Below, piece by piece: positions 13,075 to 25,140 of a stretch of 64,000 bases of DNA; the first letter of the stretch is position 1, and each line of letters starts with the position of its first letter. Under the pieces are notes generated by a model. It was given only the letters and a program-made list of their open reading frames with translations. It did no database searches and was not told the DNA's origin. The stretch lies in the NCBI RefSeq assembly GCF_006345805.1, contig NW_021833965.1, positions 1 through 64,000 of the forward strand, given 5' to 3'. The position numbers and the translations under genes were made by a program. The stretch comes from Octopus sinensis. Its lineage: Eukaryota.

Positions 13075-13569
13075 AAGAGATAGAGAAAGACAGTGAGTGG
13101 GAGAGAGACAGAGAGAAAGAAATAGTGACGGACAGAAAGAGAAAGAGAGCGAGAGAGGGATGGTGGGGACAGAGAGTTCTAAACGTTCTATTTATTGACT
13201 TCTTTTTGAGGAATCAGTCTCCACAGTTCGCTTTGCCATGTCTTGCAGCACTAATGTTTTAGCTCCAACGTTTTGGATTGCATAAATTTATCGAAGAGTT
13301 CCAAAGTTGATTAAGCACAGACGCACACACATACGCACGCACGCACACACACACACACACACACAAACGCATTCATACATACATATATAAATATACATAT
13401 GCCTGCACACGCACATACACAGCCTCAGAAAGACATGCGTGTAGACCTGTTTTCTTCGTTGTTAAGGACCAAAGATATGTAGAGCTGTTTCATATTTATA
13501 TCATACGAATATGTTATATTTTTTACTCAGCAAGTCACACAGCACACTCTTCGAACTAAACATCTTTTT

Positions 13570-13762
13570 AAGGGTACTAGGAGAAAATCACCCCCTGACA
13601 ACCTCAACCCCGGCAGTTAATATCCACCGAGATATTTTAGGAAAGTGAAATTTTATAAAAAATTTTTTTAATATTTATTAGTTGATATTTTTGTTTAAGA
13701 TTTGTTCGGTAGTATTTTGACCTCGGGAGGATTTTGTCATCGGGGAATTTTGTCCTGATGCC
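13570..13762. mobile_element. Possible degenerate MITE
   Basis: Left aggagaaaatcaccccctgacaac is an imperfect inverted match to right ttgtcatcggggaattttgtcctg. Confidence 0.3.
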
Positions 13763-14252
13763 CTTTTTAAGAGTGTACACATACATAATGATAACTTCAG
13801 ACTCGTGCTCGAGTATTGCCATTGCCAGATCGAAACTCTCACACATGCGAAAGATACGACCTGCTAGTTTTGTAATAAGTCTTACTTATTTTTCAGTGAT
13901 GTCAAACCGTGATAACTTGTTTCTAGTGGGGAAACGACTTGCACAAATCCAACCCCACTCTCTGTACATCGATAATATAAACTCGAAAAGAAGGACCAGT
14001 CTAAATCATCGAACACTGTCTGTGTCGCAGATTTTTTCTCAGAGTTATCCGTTCCTAGAGAGATGTTGTGACCACACACACACAAACACATACACACATA
14101 CACACACACATGCACACACACATGCACACACATGCACGCGCACACACGTGCACACACACGCACGGAAGCACAAGCGCATGCACGCAGACGTGTACACACT
14201 CAAATAAGTAATGATGTTGCTTTTGCAAAGTATCAACATATATGGGATATAT

Positions 14253-14296
<44 letters not shown>

Positions 14297-14515
14297 TTAA
14301 AATAACTAAGTCTCTCTAAAAGAGAACAGCGGCAGCGTTCCCGGAAAATAATAGTTATCGCCATACTAATATGGCATTCTTATAAAAATAAGAAAAAGCT
14401 GTCCGCTTATTAGCTCCATGAGGCCATCGCCTTAAGTTAGCTATTTGATACACAAACTGTATCCATATAACCTTCGAACAAGGGAGGTCAGTCGCTCCAC
14501 ACTACTTGACCGGCA

Positions 14516-14556
14516 GCTACAGACGCGTTTCGGAGTATGCCCCTTTTCAATGCAGC
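14516..14556 (-). ncRNA. Type I hammerhead ribozyme, U3-A8 variant (array 1, left copy)
   Basis: Minus strand: gctgca-TTGAAAA-gggg cata ctcc-GAAA-cgcg-TC^tgtagc. 6-bp stem I, 4-bp stem II, palindromic ACGCGT stem III. Confidence 0.8.
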
Positions 14557-14872
14557 GTAGCCAGCCAGTAGGTGTCGCTTCCGACAATCTCTGTTCGATG
14601 GTTTTATTTACCTAGTTTCGTGGAATACATCCACTTGTTTTCAATAACGAAATATAAAATAACTAAGTCTCTCTAAAAGAGAACAGCGGCAGCGTTCCCG
14701 GAAAATAATAGTTATCGCCATACTAATATGGCATTCTTATAAAAATAAGAAAAAGCTGTCCGCTTATTAGCTCCATGAGGCCATCGCCTTAAGTTAGCTA
14801 TTTGATACACAAACTGTATCCATATAACCTTCGAACAAGGGAGGTCAGTCGCTCCACACTACTTGACCGGCA

Positions 14873-14914
14873 GCTACAGACGCGTTTCGGAGTATTGCCC
14901 CTTTTCAATGCAGC
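14873..14914 (-). ncRNA. Type I hammerhead ribozyme, U3-A8 variant (array 1, right copy)
   Basis: Same motif 357 bp away, with one extra base in loop II. Confidence 0.8.
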
Positions 14915-14999
14915 GTAGCCAGCCAGTAGGTGTCGCTTCCGACAATCTCTTCGATGGTTTTATTTACCTAGTTTCGGTAATATATATATAATATATATA

Positions 15000-15037
<38 letters not shown>

Positions 15038-15137
15038 GCATTCGAAAGATACATCCGAACGTAATAGGTTGTACTTTTTGCATGCGGGACTCCGGTACCG
15101 TTTTTCATCTAGTACAGCATATTATGCTCATAACAAA

Positions 15138-15197
15138 CTACGCTGATGAAGCTACAGATATCCTTGTGATATTAATAGCTGAAACTGCAGTACGTAG
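15138..15197 (+). ncRNA. Type I hammerhead ribozyme (array 2, copy 1)
   Basis: ctacg-CTGATGA-agcta cag atatc cttgt gatat taa tagct-GAAA-ctgcag-TA^cgtag. Canonical core, GUA site, palindromic stem III ACTGCAGT. Confidence 0.88.
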
Positions 15198-15635
15198 GTA
15201 ATTATTCCATTTAGTATATTTCTTTTGTCTCACCATTGCTTTAGGTCGTGCTGAATTTTATTTTTATTTGAGAACATAATCTTTGTGGAGAATGGCGATT
15301 TGACGTCTATATCTAGCATGTTGACTGTCCACCTTTTCGTGTTCAGTCCTTAATTGGTATATATAATATTTTAATCTTCGGATTCTTTTTAATGTGCTAG
15401 ACCACTGTTTTAATTGACTAATATCAATTTCTACCCTTAATTTTTAAATATGAAATATATGTTCTCAAACCGATAATTGACTGCTGCTAATTATTGGTGC
15501 AGGTATTTTTCGATTATCAGCGCGCCAAAAGTAGAGGCATTCGAAAGATACATCCGAACGTAATAGGTTGTACTTTTTGCATGCGGGACTCCGGTACCGT
15601 TTTTCATCTAGTACAGCATATTATGCTCATAACAA

Positions 15636-15695
15636 CTACGCTGATGAAGCTACAGATATCCTTGTGATATTAATAGCTGAAACTGCAGTACGTAG
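15636..15695 (+). ncRNA. Type I hammerhead ribozyme (array 2, copy 2)
   Basis: Identical motif. Confidence 0.88.
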
Positions 15696-16128
15696 GTAAT
15701 TATTCCATTTAGTATATTTCTTTTGTCTCATCCATTGCTTTAGGTCGTGCTGAATTTTTTTTATTTGAGAACATAATCTTTGTGGAGAATGGCGATTTGA
15801 CGTCTTATCTAGCATGTTGACTGTCCACCTTTTCGTGTTCAGTCCTTAATTGTTATATAAATATTTTAATCTTCGGATTCTTTTTAATGTGCTAGACCAC
15901 TGTTTTAATTGACTAATATCAATTTCTACCCTTAATTTTTAAATATGAAATATATGTTTCAAACCGATAAATTGACTGCTGCTAATTATTGGCTGCAGGT
16001 TAGTTTTTCGATTATCAGCGCGCCAAAAGTAGAGGCATTCGAAAGATACATCCGAACGTAATAGGTTGACTTTTGCATGCGGGACTCCGGTACCGTTTTT
16101 CATCTAGTACAGATAATGCTCATACAAA

Positions 16129-16188
16129 CTACGCTGATGAAGCTACAGATATCCTTGTGATATTAATAGCTGAAACTGCAGTACGTAG
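16129..16188 (+). ncRNA. Type I hammerhead ribozyme (array 2, copy 3)
   Basis: Identical motif. Confidence 0.88.
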
Positions 16189-16479
16189 GTAATTATTCCA
16201 TTTAGTATATTTCTTTTGTCTCATCCATTGCTTTAGGTCGTGCTGAATTTTATTTTTATTTGAGAACATAATCTTTGTGGAGAATGGCGATTTGACGTCT
16301 ATATCTAGCATGTTGACTGTCCACCTTTTCGTGTTCAGTCCTTAATTGGTATATATATATATATATATATATTCTGTCGGTTTCTTAGTTTTATATTTCT
16401 CTCGCCTTCTTAACGTCATTTAGATCACAGATGTTATTGAGAAGGGCATCAAAACCATATTCACACACCTAAAATTCTG

Positions 16480-16730
16480 AGAACGGATGTAAGTAAACCC
16501 CTTTGATACCATCGTCTCCTAGGGTCCATTACACGGTTTGTATTGCGTATATGCGGTGGAGATCCCATTTCCTCTTAAACGGGCGTCAGTCACAGGGATA
16601 CTCATTTACAGCCTAGTGGACTGAAATGACCTGAAATGAAATGTTTGGTTCACGAACCAAACGGACCACCTTGTCCGGGAATCAAACGACGATCTCATGG
16701 TTGTACAACACTGTAACCCCTAAACCACAA
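16480..16730 (-). mobile_element. Degenerate tRNA-derived SINE
   Basis: ...gtccgggaatcaaacgacgatctcatgg...acccctaaaccac is the reverse complement of a family-B-like head. Confidence 0.55.
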
Positions 16731-19626
16731 ACCTTCACGAGAGTGGATGACTGTATAGAATATTCAAGCCTCATTAAATACTAAAATTAATTGATAACAA
16801 AATAAAGTATCAATGTTACAAAAAGGAATGAAATCTCAATAGTTATATCGTCCACCCCCTAATTCGTAGTTGTATTTGCAAGCTTTTATAACTCAGCAAA
16901 TTAACGCGAGTTACATCTTAACGCTGACTGGAGTAGTTACTAGAAGCTGAATAATATTTATTTGCTTAGGTATTTGTGGTTGTTAATTTAGTTGAACACG
17001 TCTGTGTTATGGAGATAAATTTTATTAGCGAATATCATTCAGGTCATTGAGACTTTCTCAAAAAAGCTATCATTCATTTGGTCTACCTAGGAAACATTTC
17101 AATAGGTAAAGATAATATCTCGTTTTCATCAGGCTTACAACCATTATGCCACTAAACCTAGACCTGTTTAATTTTATAAACGATGTTAAAATTTGTGTTA
17201 TGATGTTTATTAAAGCTTTATTCAACATCTGCCGAAAAATCACTCTACTCTGCACATATTCGAATCAGTGCAGAATAGCTGTGTTTGAACTTCAATTTAG
17301 CGAGAATATTTAATGAATATTTGTCCATAATCATTCAGAAAACAAATATTTAAGAAACAAATTGAATCAGATTCCTTGCAAAGAACAAAACAAAACAAAA
17401 CAAAAAAATATATCGTCGAGGTGGACTCGATATCTAACAAAACATCAGTTGAACCTTTATTGCAGTGCTGAATTTAATGTCGTTTCAAAATAAGTAGCTC
17501 AGCTCTTGTGCCAACAATATGACCGAAAATATTGCAAACTGTATACAGTACTGAAAGCAATCTCAAAGAAACAATTTCCATTACCTTATCGTTTGAATGT
17601 TTACTATAAAAATCAGTGTTTATCGCTCTGTTTCGAAGATATATTTATATTTCGCTATGGCTTTAAATACTCATAACACACATCAATATTAACAAGATAC
17701 ACTCCGTAAACATATTTAATGGAAATTGCTAATACGCCAGAGAAAAACAACACAGATATATATAATCAATAAAATATAGATAACGTTCAGTCAATACAGC
17801 AAAGCAAGGCCAAGAAATAGGTCATCCTCTATGAAAATAGGTCATTTTATCCAGAAGTATGAATGCGTGTTGTAGTGAAAGAGAATTAATTTTAGGATTG
17901 ATGTCGCGCCACGTAGTAAGGATTAAGTCAACTTTGTCATCGTAAACATTATTCTGCCTCTTTTATATTAATGTGAAGGCACGTGGCATAATAGTTAAAG
18001 GTATTGGACGCAAGATTGTGGTTTCGATCCCTGAACCTTTGTTTCCTTTTGACCCAGTAATGCTCTGACCAGCGGGCCTCCCTTTCAAGGGGAGTGATGT
18101 GTTCTCAGTCATTTGAAATTCTTAGAAACCAGCTAAACCCTCTATGTCTTCTAGTATATGAGAGACTACTTATTAGTAAGAAAAAGTGTCAAGCTTACTG
18201 TTGTTCTTTTTGTCATTTATACTCTCGTATCGATTCCGATGGTGCAGATCTACGCGGTCTCCCACCTAACTTGTAAGCCTTGTTCCTATTTTCAGAACCC
18301 AACCTGACTCCGCTTTTCTAATCTTGTAAATGAATCATTTAAAAGAAAGTTAGCTGCTATGTATTGCATATTGCAGTGTTCATTGTTGGCTAAGTTGAAC
18401 CAACCAGAATTTTTGTTCTTCGTAATTGTATTAGGAAAATGTTACCTGGTGGACGGTGTTAAAATAATTGGCTTCGCTTAGATTCTTTCGAACGAAGTCT
18501 TGATTATATATTTTCAGTTTTGCACAAAACGAAATGTTACTCATGGAAGGAACTGTCCAGAGCTTCAGTAAGTTTCATAAAACCCAGGGAAGATCAACGA
18601 GTTAGCTGAGCTAGGCTGATAAACATTCAGCTTCCCTTTGTATCACTGAAATCACGTAACACGCATTTGTTTTTTCATAGTAAGCAATTACAATTTCTTT
18701 TACCATGAACTGATTTTCTGTCTCTAGGTATTGACGTTTCAGATTATCATTAAATTTACTTTACGTTGAATAACAGTAGACAAAATCTATCAATCTATCA
18801 ACGGGTTCAACACTGTTAAATGATAGCTTGGGTATCTATAGTGCCACCACTGTTGCGAGTTTTATTGCCAGGTTATTGGCTTAAGGATAAGAGACTCATT
18901 CACTCTCTTGAAATCAGAAGGTACCGTAAAGATCAATCCATACCCGTACACATTCGGTTATATTTAAATATCTATAATTATAACTTTCATTATATATCCA
19001 TTCATATACAGCTATATATACAATTACACACTCACACACACGCACCGAAGTTGCAGGTAATACTTCTCCGGAGAGAATACTGGTTACAGACTGCTTGCAA
19101 AGAACTGTACCAACTACACATCAATTCTCGAAACAGCTGTTGGGGATAAAAGTTCGTACACCTACCGCTTTCTCTTTCAGTTTTGGCTTTTACTCAAAAT
19201 AACCCCCTTCAACCTACTGTGCAGTATCAGCAGTAAGGACTTACCGTCCAACTATTCCGGGTGTACACCCGGGTACATATTACAAACATTATAAACTTTC
19301 CTTATTCGAACTTACTGATCTCTGGTAATTTAAACTCTTCAGAGCATTCGCTTCTACGCATGTATTGTGCATTTTGCATAAATGCCTAAATGTCATTATT
19401 TCACACGGTACCAGTTATTTGCTCGTCCGTACTTTTATCCTGTTTGATATAAATGTACACACACACATACACACACATACATGTACATAACTATATATAT
19501 ACATATACATATATATACATGTATATGTATATATATATATTACATACATATATTTATCTGTATATCTGTCTATCTGCCTGTCTGCCTGTATCTATCAATC
19601 TATCTATCTCTTTCTCTCTCCTCGAT

Positions 19627-19663
<37 letters not shown>

Positions 19664-19668
19664 GTATA

Positions 19669-19708
<40 letters not shown>

Positions 19709-20100
19709 TTGTGGTGTGTGTGTTGTGTGTGTGTGTGTGTGTCTGTACTGACGATTAGAAACCGATTTATATATTTATAATAAGTATACATACGTATAAT
19801 CATTCCTTAGGCATATCTGGTCGCAAGAATTGTCTTCCATTCCTTCTATATTTCATAGTTATAATTATGATAATGATTACACTGTTTAACTGGAGTCTGT
19901 AGAATAATAGTCTGAACGATTACCATAATGCTTATTTATATCTGTGAATGGGGTAATTTGTGAATAGCAATAGACCAATGTATTTGTTAGGCATCTGTAT
20001 CTATGTACAATGATCGTCTTCCTTCAAAGCCTAAGGATTATACACCGTAGCCTCTTGTTGCTATATAGATAATATTAAACCAAACAGGTTTCTTCTAGAT

Positions 20101-20442
20101 CAGGAATTCTCAACTATTTTTTTCCTTACCTATAGACCTTCTTTAATTACTATTTTATTCTGATGGACCCCCGTAGCCATTCGATGTTTAAAAACTAATT
20201 TTCATAGAATCTTATTTATTTATGTTTTCACACATTAACTTGTGTAAGCTGAACAATGTAAAATGTTAGAGAAAGGCACACAGCTGTTTCTTGCAATACA
20301 GACCAATATATACATCTAAAGTAACATTTTTTCAACGGACCTTAAACTACTGCTGCGGATGATTTCTAATTTACTGTTTTGGACTGCCAAAAACCTTACA
20401 TGGACTCTCGGGGACCGTATAGATCCCGGATGAGAACCACTG
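20101..20442. mobile_element. hAT (Charlie/MER5-like) MITE
   Basis: Ends caggaattctcaac / tgagaaccactg; 8-bp flanks ttctagat (20093-20100) and gtctagat (20443-20450) match the NTCTAGAN target of Charlie-type hATs. Confidence 0.7.
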
Positions 20443-20601
20443 GTCTAGATGGTAGTTCCATTTGCTAGAAATAGCAGCCATTTCCTTTAGTCAAATATCA
20501 TTCTACCATTTTCAGTTTAGGAAAACCATTTTACAAAACAGTGTCTGGGAAAGACTGTATTACTGATAGATAGATAGACAGATAAATAGATAGATAGATA
20601 T

Positions 20602-20650
<49 letters not shown>

Positions 20651-20781
20651 CAGACAGATAGATAGATAGATAAATAAATAGAGGGATATATATATAGAGA
20701 GAGATAAATAGGGGGAGAGAGAGAAAAGAAGAGAGAGAAAGTCAAAATATGAGTAGTGTGGCCATGGCTAAGCTGGGCTTC

Positions 20782-20956
20782 ATTGTAGAAGTTCAGTATT
20801 CATTGATGATGGAGTAACCAACTGGAAACTACCACCACTGCTGTTCCTGATGCAATTTCGAGGCAAGAGGACTCGGCGATATGATCGCCTCCAGTACTTA
20901 TCTGTTATAGGACGAAAGGTTAATTTGACCGCCACAGAACTTAGCGATTCGGAAGC
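20782..20956. repeat. Segment duplicated at 2742-2902 (113 bp direct + 50 bp inverted, 100% identical)
   Basis: 20782-20894 equals 2790-2902; 20907-20956 is the reverse complement of 2742-2791. Confidence 0.9.
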
Positions 20957-21353
20957 GATTATTTCAGCATTGTGGTTCCTTGGCAAAAAATACTTCATTC
21001 TACGTCACTCTAGTCCCTTGGCTGGCCAAGATGAGTTGTCCTTTTACGGACCCTTCAGTTCGACTGTATGCAGTTTGTGACGTTCATAATAATATTGCCG
21101 TCAGAACCAAAATTAAATCAAACGCGTGAGCTTCACGCAATCGTCTTCGTACGAGCCTTTCAAAGTTTGTTTCGTAAACGAAAGAACATAATGGTCAGCG
21201 TTTCGTTCAAACTACCGTTTAAAATTTGAAAATAATTTTCTGATAGTGGATGTTTCTGAAGCAAAACCAAGGTCGAGATAGATTGATTGATTGATTGACT
21301 GATTGATAAGTGCAATGATTTATTGATTGATTTATAGTTAGAAAGATAGATAA

Positions 21354-21419
<66 letters not shown>

Positions 21420-22409
21420 CATACATACATACATACATACATACATACATACATACATACATACATACATACATACATACATACATACATACATACATGG
21501 ATAGATGGAGAGACAGATAGTTATTTTTCGTTATTATTTTCAGTAAACAAACTACTGCTTGTTATATTTAAAAGCTTCTGTGAAATTTTAATCAGATTCC
21601 ATGTTCCATTCTGCATGAAAACTATCAGCAACATAAATGGAGCAACTGTTTGTGACGAATCAACTCTAAGCAACCTATGCATGTGTACTGGCTGTGTGTG
21701 TGTGTTCATGCTGTTACATGGTTTGTGTGCACGTGTGCACTTGTGCGCTCATGTTTGCATATGGATGTGTAAGTGAACGCGCAAAATAGACAGAATCTAG
21801 CCCCACTGCGATGCATGCATAAACAAGCTGACAGGCTCCATTTTCACCTATCTTCTGCTTGGAGATCCGTCAAGTGCTGGCTCCCTTGTAAGGTTTATTT
21901 CACTATAGCATTTACTGTCATGCCAACACAATATCTCGGTTTAATATCCGGGTTGTAACGCCGGATTAATTTTAATTGCACATTTTCAAAGATTTCAGTC
22001 TTTACACAACTAAGTCGTTCAACTATCTAGATAGCATTTTATATCAACTGTTAGACTTGTACATATACATATATGCATATACACACATGCACGCACGAAC
22101 ACACACGCGCTAGCACATACAAACACACATGCACACTCATACACACACTTATATGTTTATATATATATATATATATATAAATATATATATTAATTTTAAT
22201 TTTAATCCTTCAGGTATTTAATGCTTTTTTGGGCCTGCAGTTCTCTATATTATTGATTCTTTTATTATCATTTTCAATTGTTACTCTAGATAATAATAGA
22301 GACAATAATATCTTTGCAACTATTTTCTCCTGAATTATTTGCGTGTATATATATATATGTATATATATATACACATATATCCGTGTATATATATGTGTGT
22401 GTGTGTGTT

Positions 22410-22598
22410 TGTTTGAATCGTTGGCGATTTTTTCCTTCGTCTTCCTTTTCTATTGAACTTCCCTCTGTTTCTGAAGACGAACTTTGCTCGAAACGCTATA
22501 CCATCTCTCCTTCCCTGAGCGTCTGCTAATATTTTATATGTACCACGTCTTCACGTTCTTGTTTTTTTATGTTTGTACTTCGTTTCGTATGATTTGAA
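22410..22598 (+). mobile_element. Short repeat with decayed hammerhead core (PLE-terminus-like)
   Basis: CTGAAGA-c-ga actttgc tc-GAAA-cgct...agcg-TC at 22471-22523; homologous to 54841-54960; ends in (TA)n. Confidence 0.55.
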
Positions 22599-22619
22599 TA
22601 TATATATATATATATATAT

Positions 22620-22791
22620 GGGCGCAGGCTGGGTGTGTGGTAAGTAGCTTGCTTACCAACCACATGTTTCCAGGTTCAGTCCCACTGCTTGACATCTTGA
22701 GCAAGTGTTTTCTACTTTATAGCCTCGGTCCGGCTAAAGTCTTGTGAGTGAATTTGGTAGACGGAAACTGAAAGAAGCCCGTCGTATATAT

Positions 22792-22855
<64 letters not shown>

Positions 22856-23110
22856 ATATATGTATATATAGATGTATTGTTTATGTATACATATTTGTGT
22901 GTGCGTGTATGTTTGTGTGTCTGTGTTTGTCCCCCTACCATAGCTTGACAACCGATGCTGGTGTGTTTACTTCCCCGAAACTTAACGGTTCGGCATAAGA
23001 GCCCGATAGAATAAGTACTAGGCTTACAAAGAATAAGTCCTGGACTTGAATTTTTTCGACGAAAGGCGGTGCTCCAGCATGGTCGCAGTCAACTGACTGA
23101 AAGAAGTAAG
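22620..23110 (+). mobile_element. SINE family C (internal microsatellite)
   Basis: gtgtgtggtaagtagcttgcttaccaaccacatg...gaaactgaaagaagcccgtcg-(TA)n-...ggcggtgctccagcatggtcgcagtc. Confidence 0.88.
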
Positions 23111-23134
23111 AGAAAAATATAATATATACATGTA

Positions 23135-23535
23135 TATAGGAGTGGCTGTGTGGTAAGTAGCTTGCTAACCAATCACATGGTTCCGGGTTCAGTCCCACTG
23201 CGTGGCATCTTGGGCAAATGTCTTCTGCTATAGCCCCGGGCCGACCAATGCCTTGTGAGTGGATTTGGTAGACAGAAACTGAAAGAAGCCTGTCGTATAT
23301 ATGTATATTTATATGTATGTGTGTGTTTGTGTGTCTGTGTTTGTCCCCTTAGCATTGCTTAACAACCGATGCTGGTGTTTACGTCCCCGTCACCTAGCGG
23401 TTCGGCAAAATAGACCGATAGAATAAGTACTGGGCTTACAAAGAATAAGTCCCGGGGTCGATTGGTCGACTAAAGGCGGTGCTCCAGCATGGTCGCAGTC
23501 AAATGACTGAAACAAGTAAAAGAGTAAAAAAGAGT
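23135..23535 (+). mobile_element. SINE family C
   Basis: Second full copy directly downstream of the first. Confidence 0.88.
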
Positions 23536-23600
23536 AATATATTTACCATTTCTACAGCGTTTGAAATTTTGTGTGAGTGAGATAATCAATGTATGTATAA

Positions 23601-23647
<47 letters not shown>

Positions 23648-23658
23648 GTATGTATATA

Positions 23659-23701
<43 letters not shown>

Positions 23702-23776
23702 GTATATATTATAGTATATATATGTGTATATATATATATATAATATATATATATATGTATATATATGTGTAATATA

Positions 23777-23862
<86 letters not shown>

Positions 23863-24401
23863 ATTTACATTTACAAATATGCATGTGTTTATGTGTGTAT
23901 GTGCGCAAGGAATATACTACTTTGGTCAAATAAAGACAACGCAATATATGGCGTAGAGTAATCAAGAAAACATATATTCTTTTCGGAGCAGTTCAAATTT
24001 CATGCACTTCGATCTCTAGGTGCGAACGCATCGATTGCGCTCAGTTATCCTCTAAAGTGATTTCACTATTCTGACAATGCCATTGTTTCTGTTGCGCTGT
24101 TTTAACAACGATTTATGAGAGTGTTTTCAGTGAGTAGCGATTTCCAATCATGATTTTCAAAGAATTTTGTGGTATGTTTTAGATTGTTATTTTTGTTTCA
24201 GTTTTTGCCAATTGCTAATTCATTGTTCTCACAGCATGATACCTTTGGTTGGGTTGGGTTTTCATATACATACATATATACACACACATATATAGATATA
24301 TGTATAAGTATATATATATATATATACATATACACACAAACACCACACAACACACACACACATATATATATGGAGAGGGTGTACGCACGTATGTATACGT
24401 G

Positions 24402-24725
24402 AAGGCACGTGGTTTAGTGGCCAGAATATTTGGTTCCCGGTCGCAACGTCATGAATTCGATTCCCGACACCACGTTGTGCCTCTTAGCAAGACATTTTAT
24501 TTCATGTTGCTCCAGTCTACTCAGCTGGCAAAAATGAGTAGTATTTGTTATTCAAAGGGACCAGTCTTGTCACATTCTGTGTCATGCTGAATCTTCTTGA
24601 GAACTACGTTAAGGGTACGCGTGTCTGTGGAGTACTCAGCAACTTGCACATTAATTCCACGAGCAAACTGTTCTTTTCAGCGGATCAACTGAAACCCCCG
24701 TCGTCATAACCGACGTAGTGCCACT
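24402..24725 (+). mobile_element. SINE family B (tail type i)
   Basis: gaaggcacgtggtttagtgg...gcaagacattttatttcatgttgctccag...gtcgtcataaccgacgtagtgcc. Confidence 0.85.
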
Positions 24726-24754
24726 TGATGCATGTATATGTGTGTGTGTGTGTG

Positions 24755-25140
24755 TGTGCTTCTCAACCAAATGGATCCGGGTTCAGTTGCACTGTGTAGT
24801 ACCTTGGGAAAATGCCCACTACTATAGCCTCCGACAGAACAAAGACTTGTGAGTAGATTTGGTAGACAGAAACTGGAAGAAGCCCGTCGTATATGTATAA
24901 TATATATATATATCTATATATATATTATATATATATATATATCATATTATATATTATATATATATATATATACTATATATATATACATATACATATATGT
25001 ATATATATACATGCATATGTGTGTGTATGTGTTTGTCCCCCAATATCTCTTGATAACCGATAGAATAAGTACGGTCGATTTACTCGTCTAAATGCGATGC
25101 TCCAGCATGGGCGCAGTCAAATGACTGAAACAAGTAAAAG
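24755..25140 (+). mobile_element. SINE family C (degenerate)
   Basis: Homologous to 22620 and 23135. Confidence 0.8.

Larger units (their letters stand above)
14291..14976 (-). mobile_element. Tandem array 1: ~1.9 copies of a 357-358 bp hammerhead-bearing unit (retrozyme or PLE pLTR-like)
   Basis: Units start at 14291 and 14649 (gaaatat(t)aaaataactaagtctctctaaaagagaacagcggc), differ only by small indels, are flanked by (TA)n and have no ORF. Confidence 0.85.
15033..16357 (+). mobile_element. Tandem array 2: ~2.65 copies of a ~498 bp hammerhead-bearing unit (non-LTR retrozyme-like)
   Basis: tagaggcattcgaaagatacatccgaacg starts at 15033, 15532 and 16030; copies differ almost only by small indels; flanked by (TA)n; no credible ORF. 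Confidence 0.88.

Noticed and set aside
14291-16357. CRISPR array or satellite interpretation of the tandem repeats
   Set aside because: There is no repeat-spacer alternation and the context is eukaryotic; the units are whole duplications carrying ribozymes.
14291-16357. Opposite-polarity ribozymes (viroid-like ambisense circles)
   Set aside because: A by-eye search of the other strand found only partial motifs (for example CTGATAAtcGAAA without stem II). A covariance-model search for other ribozyme classes is still needed.
19257-19272. Perfect 16-bp palindrome ccgggtgtacacccgg
   Set aside because: It is isolated, with no matching element termini found; possibly an old MITE remnant.
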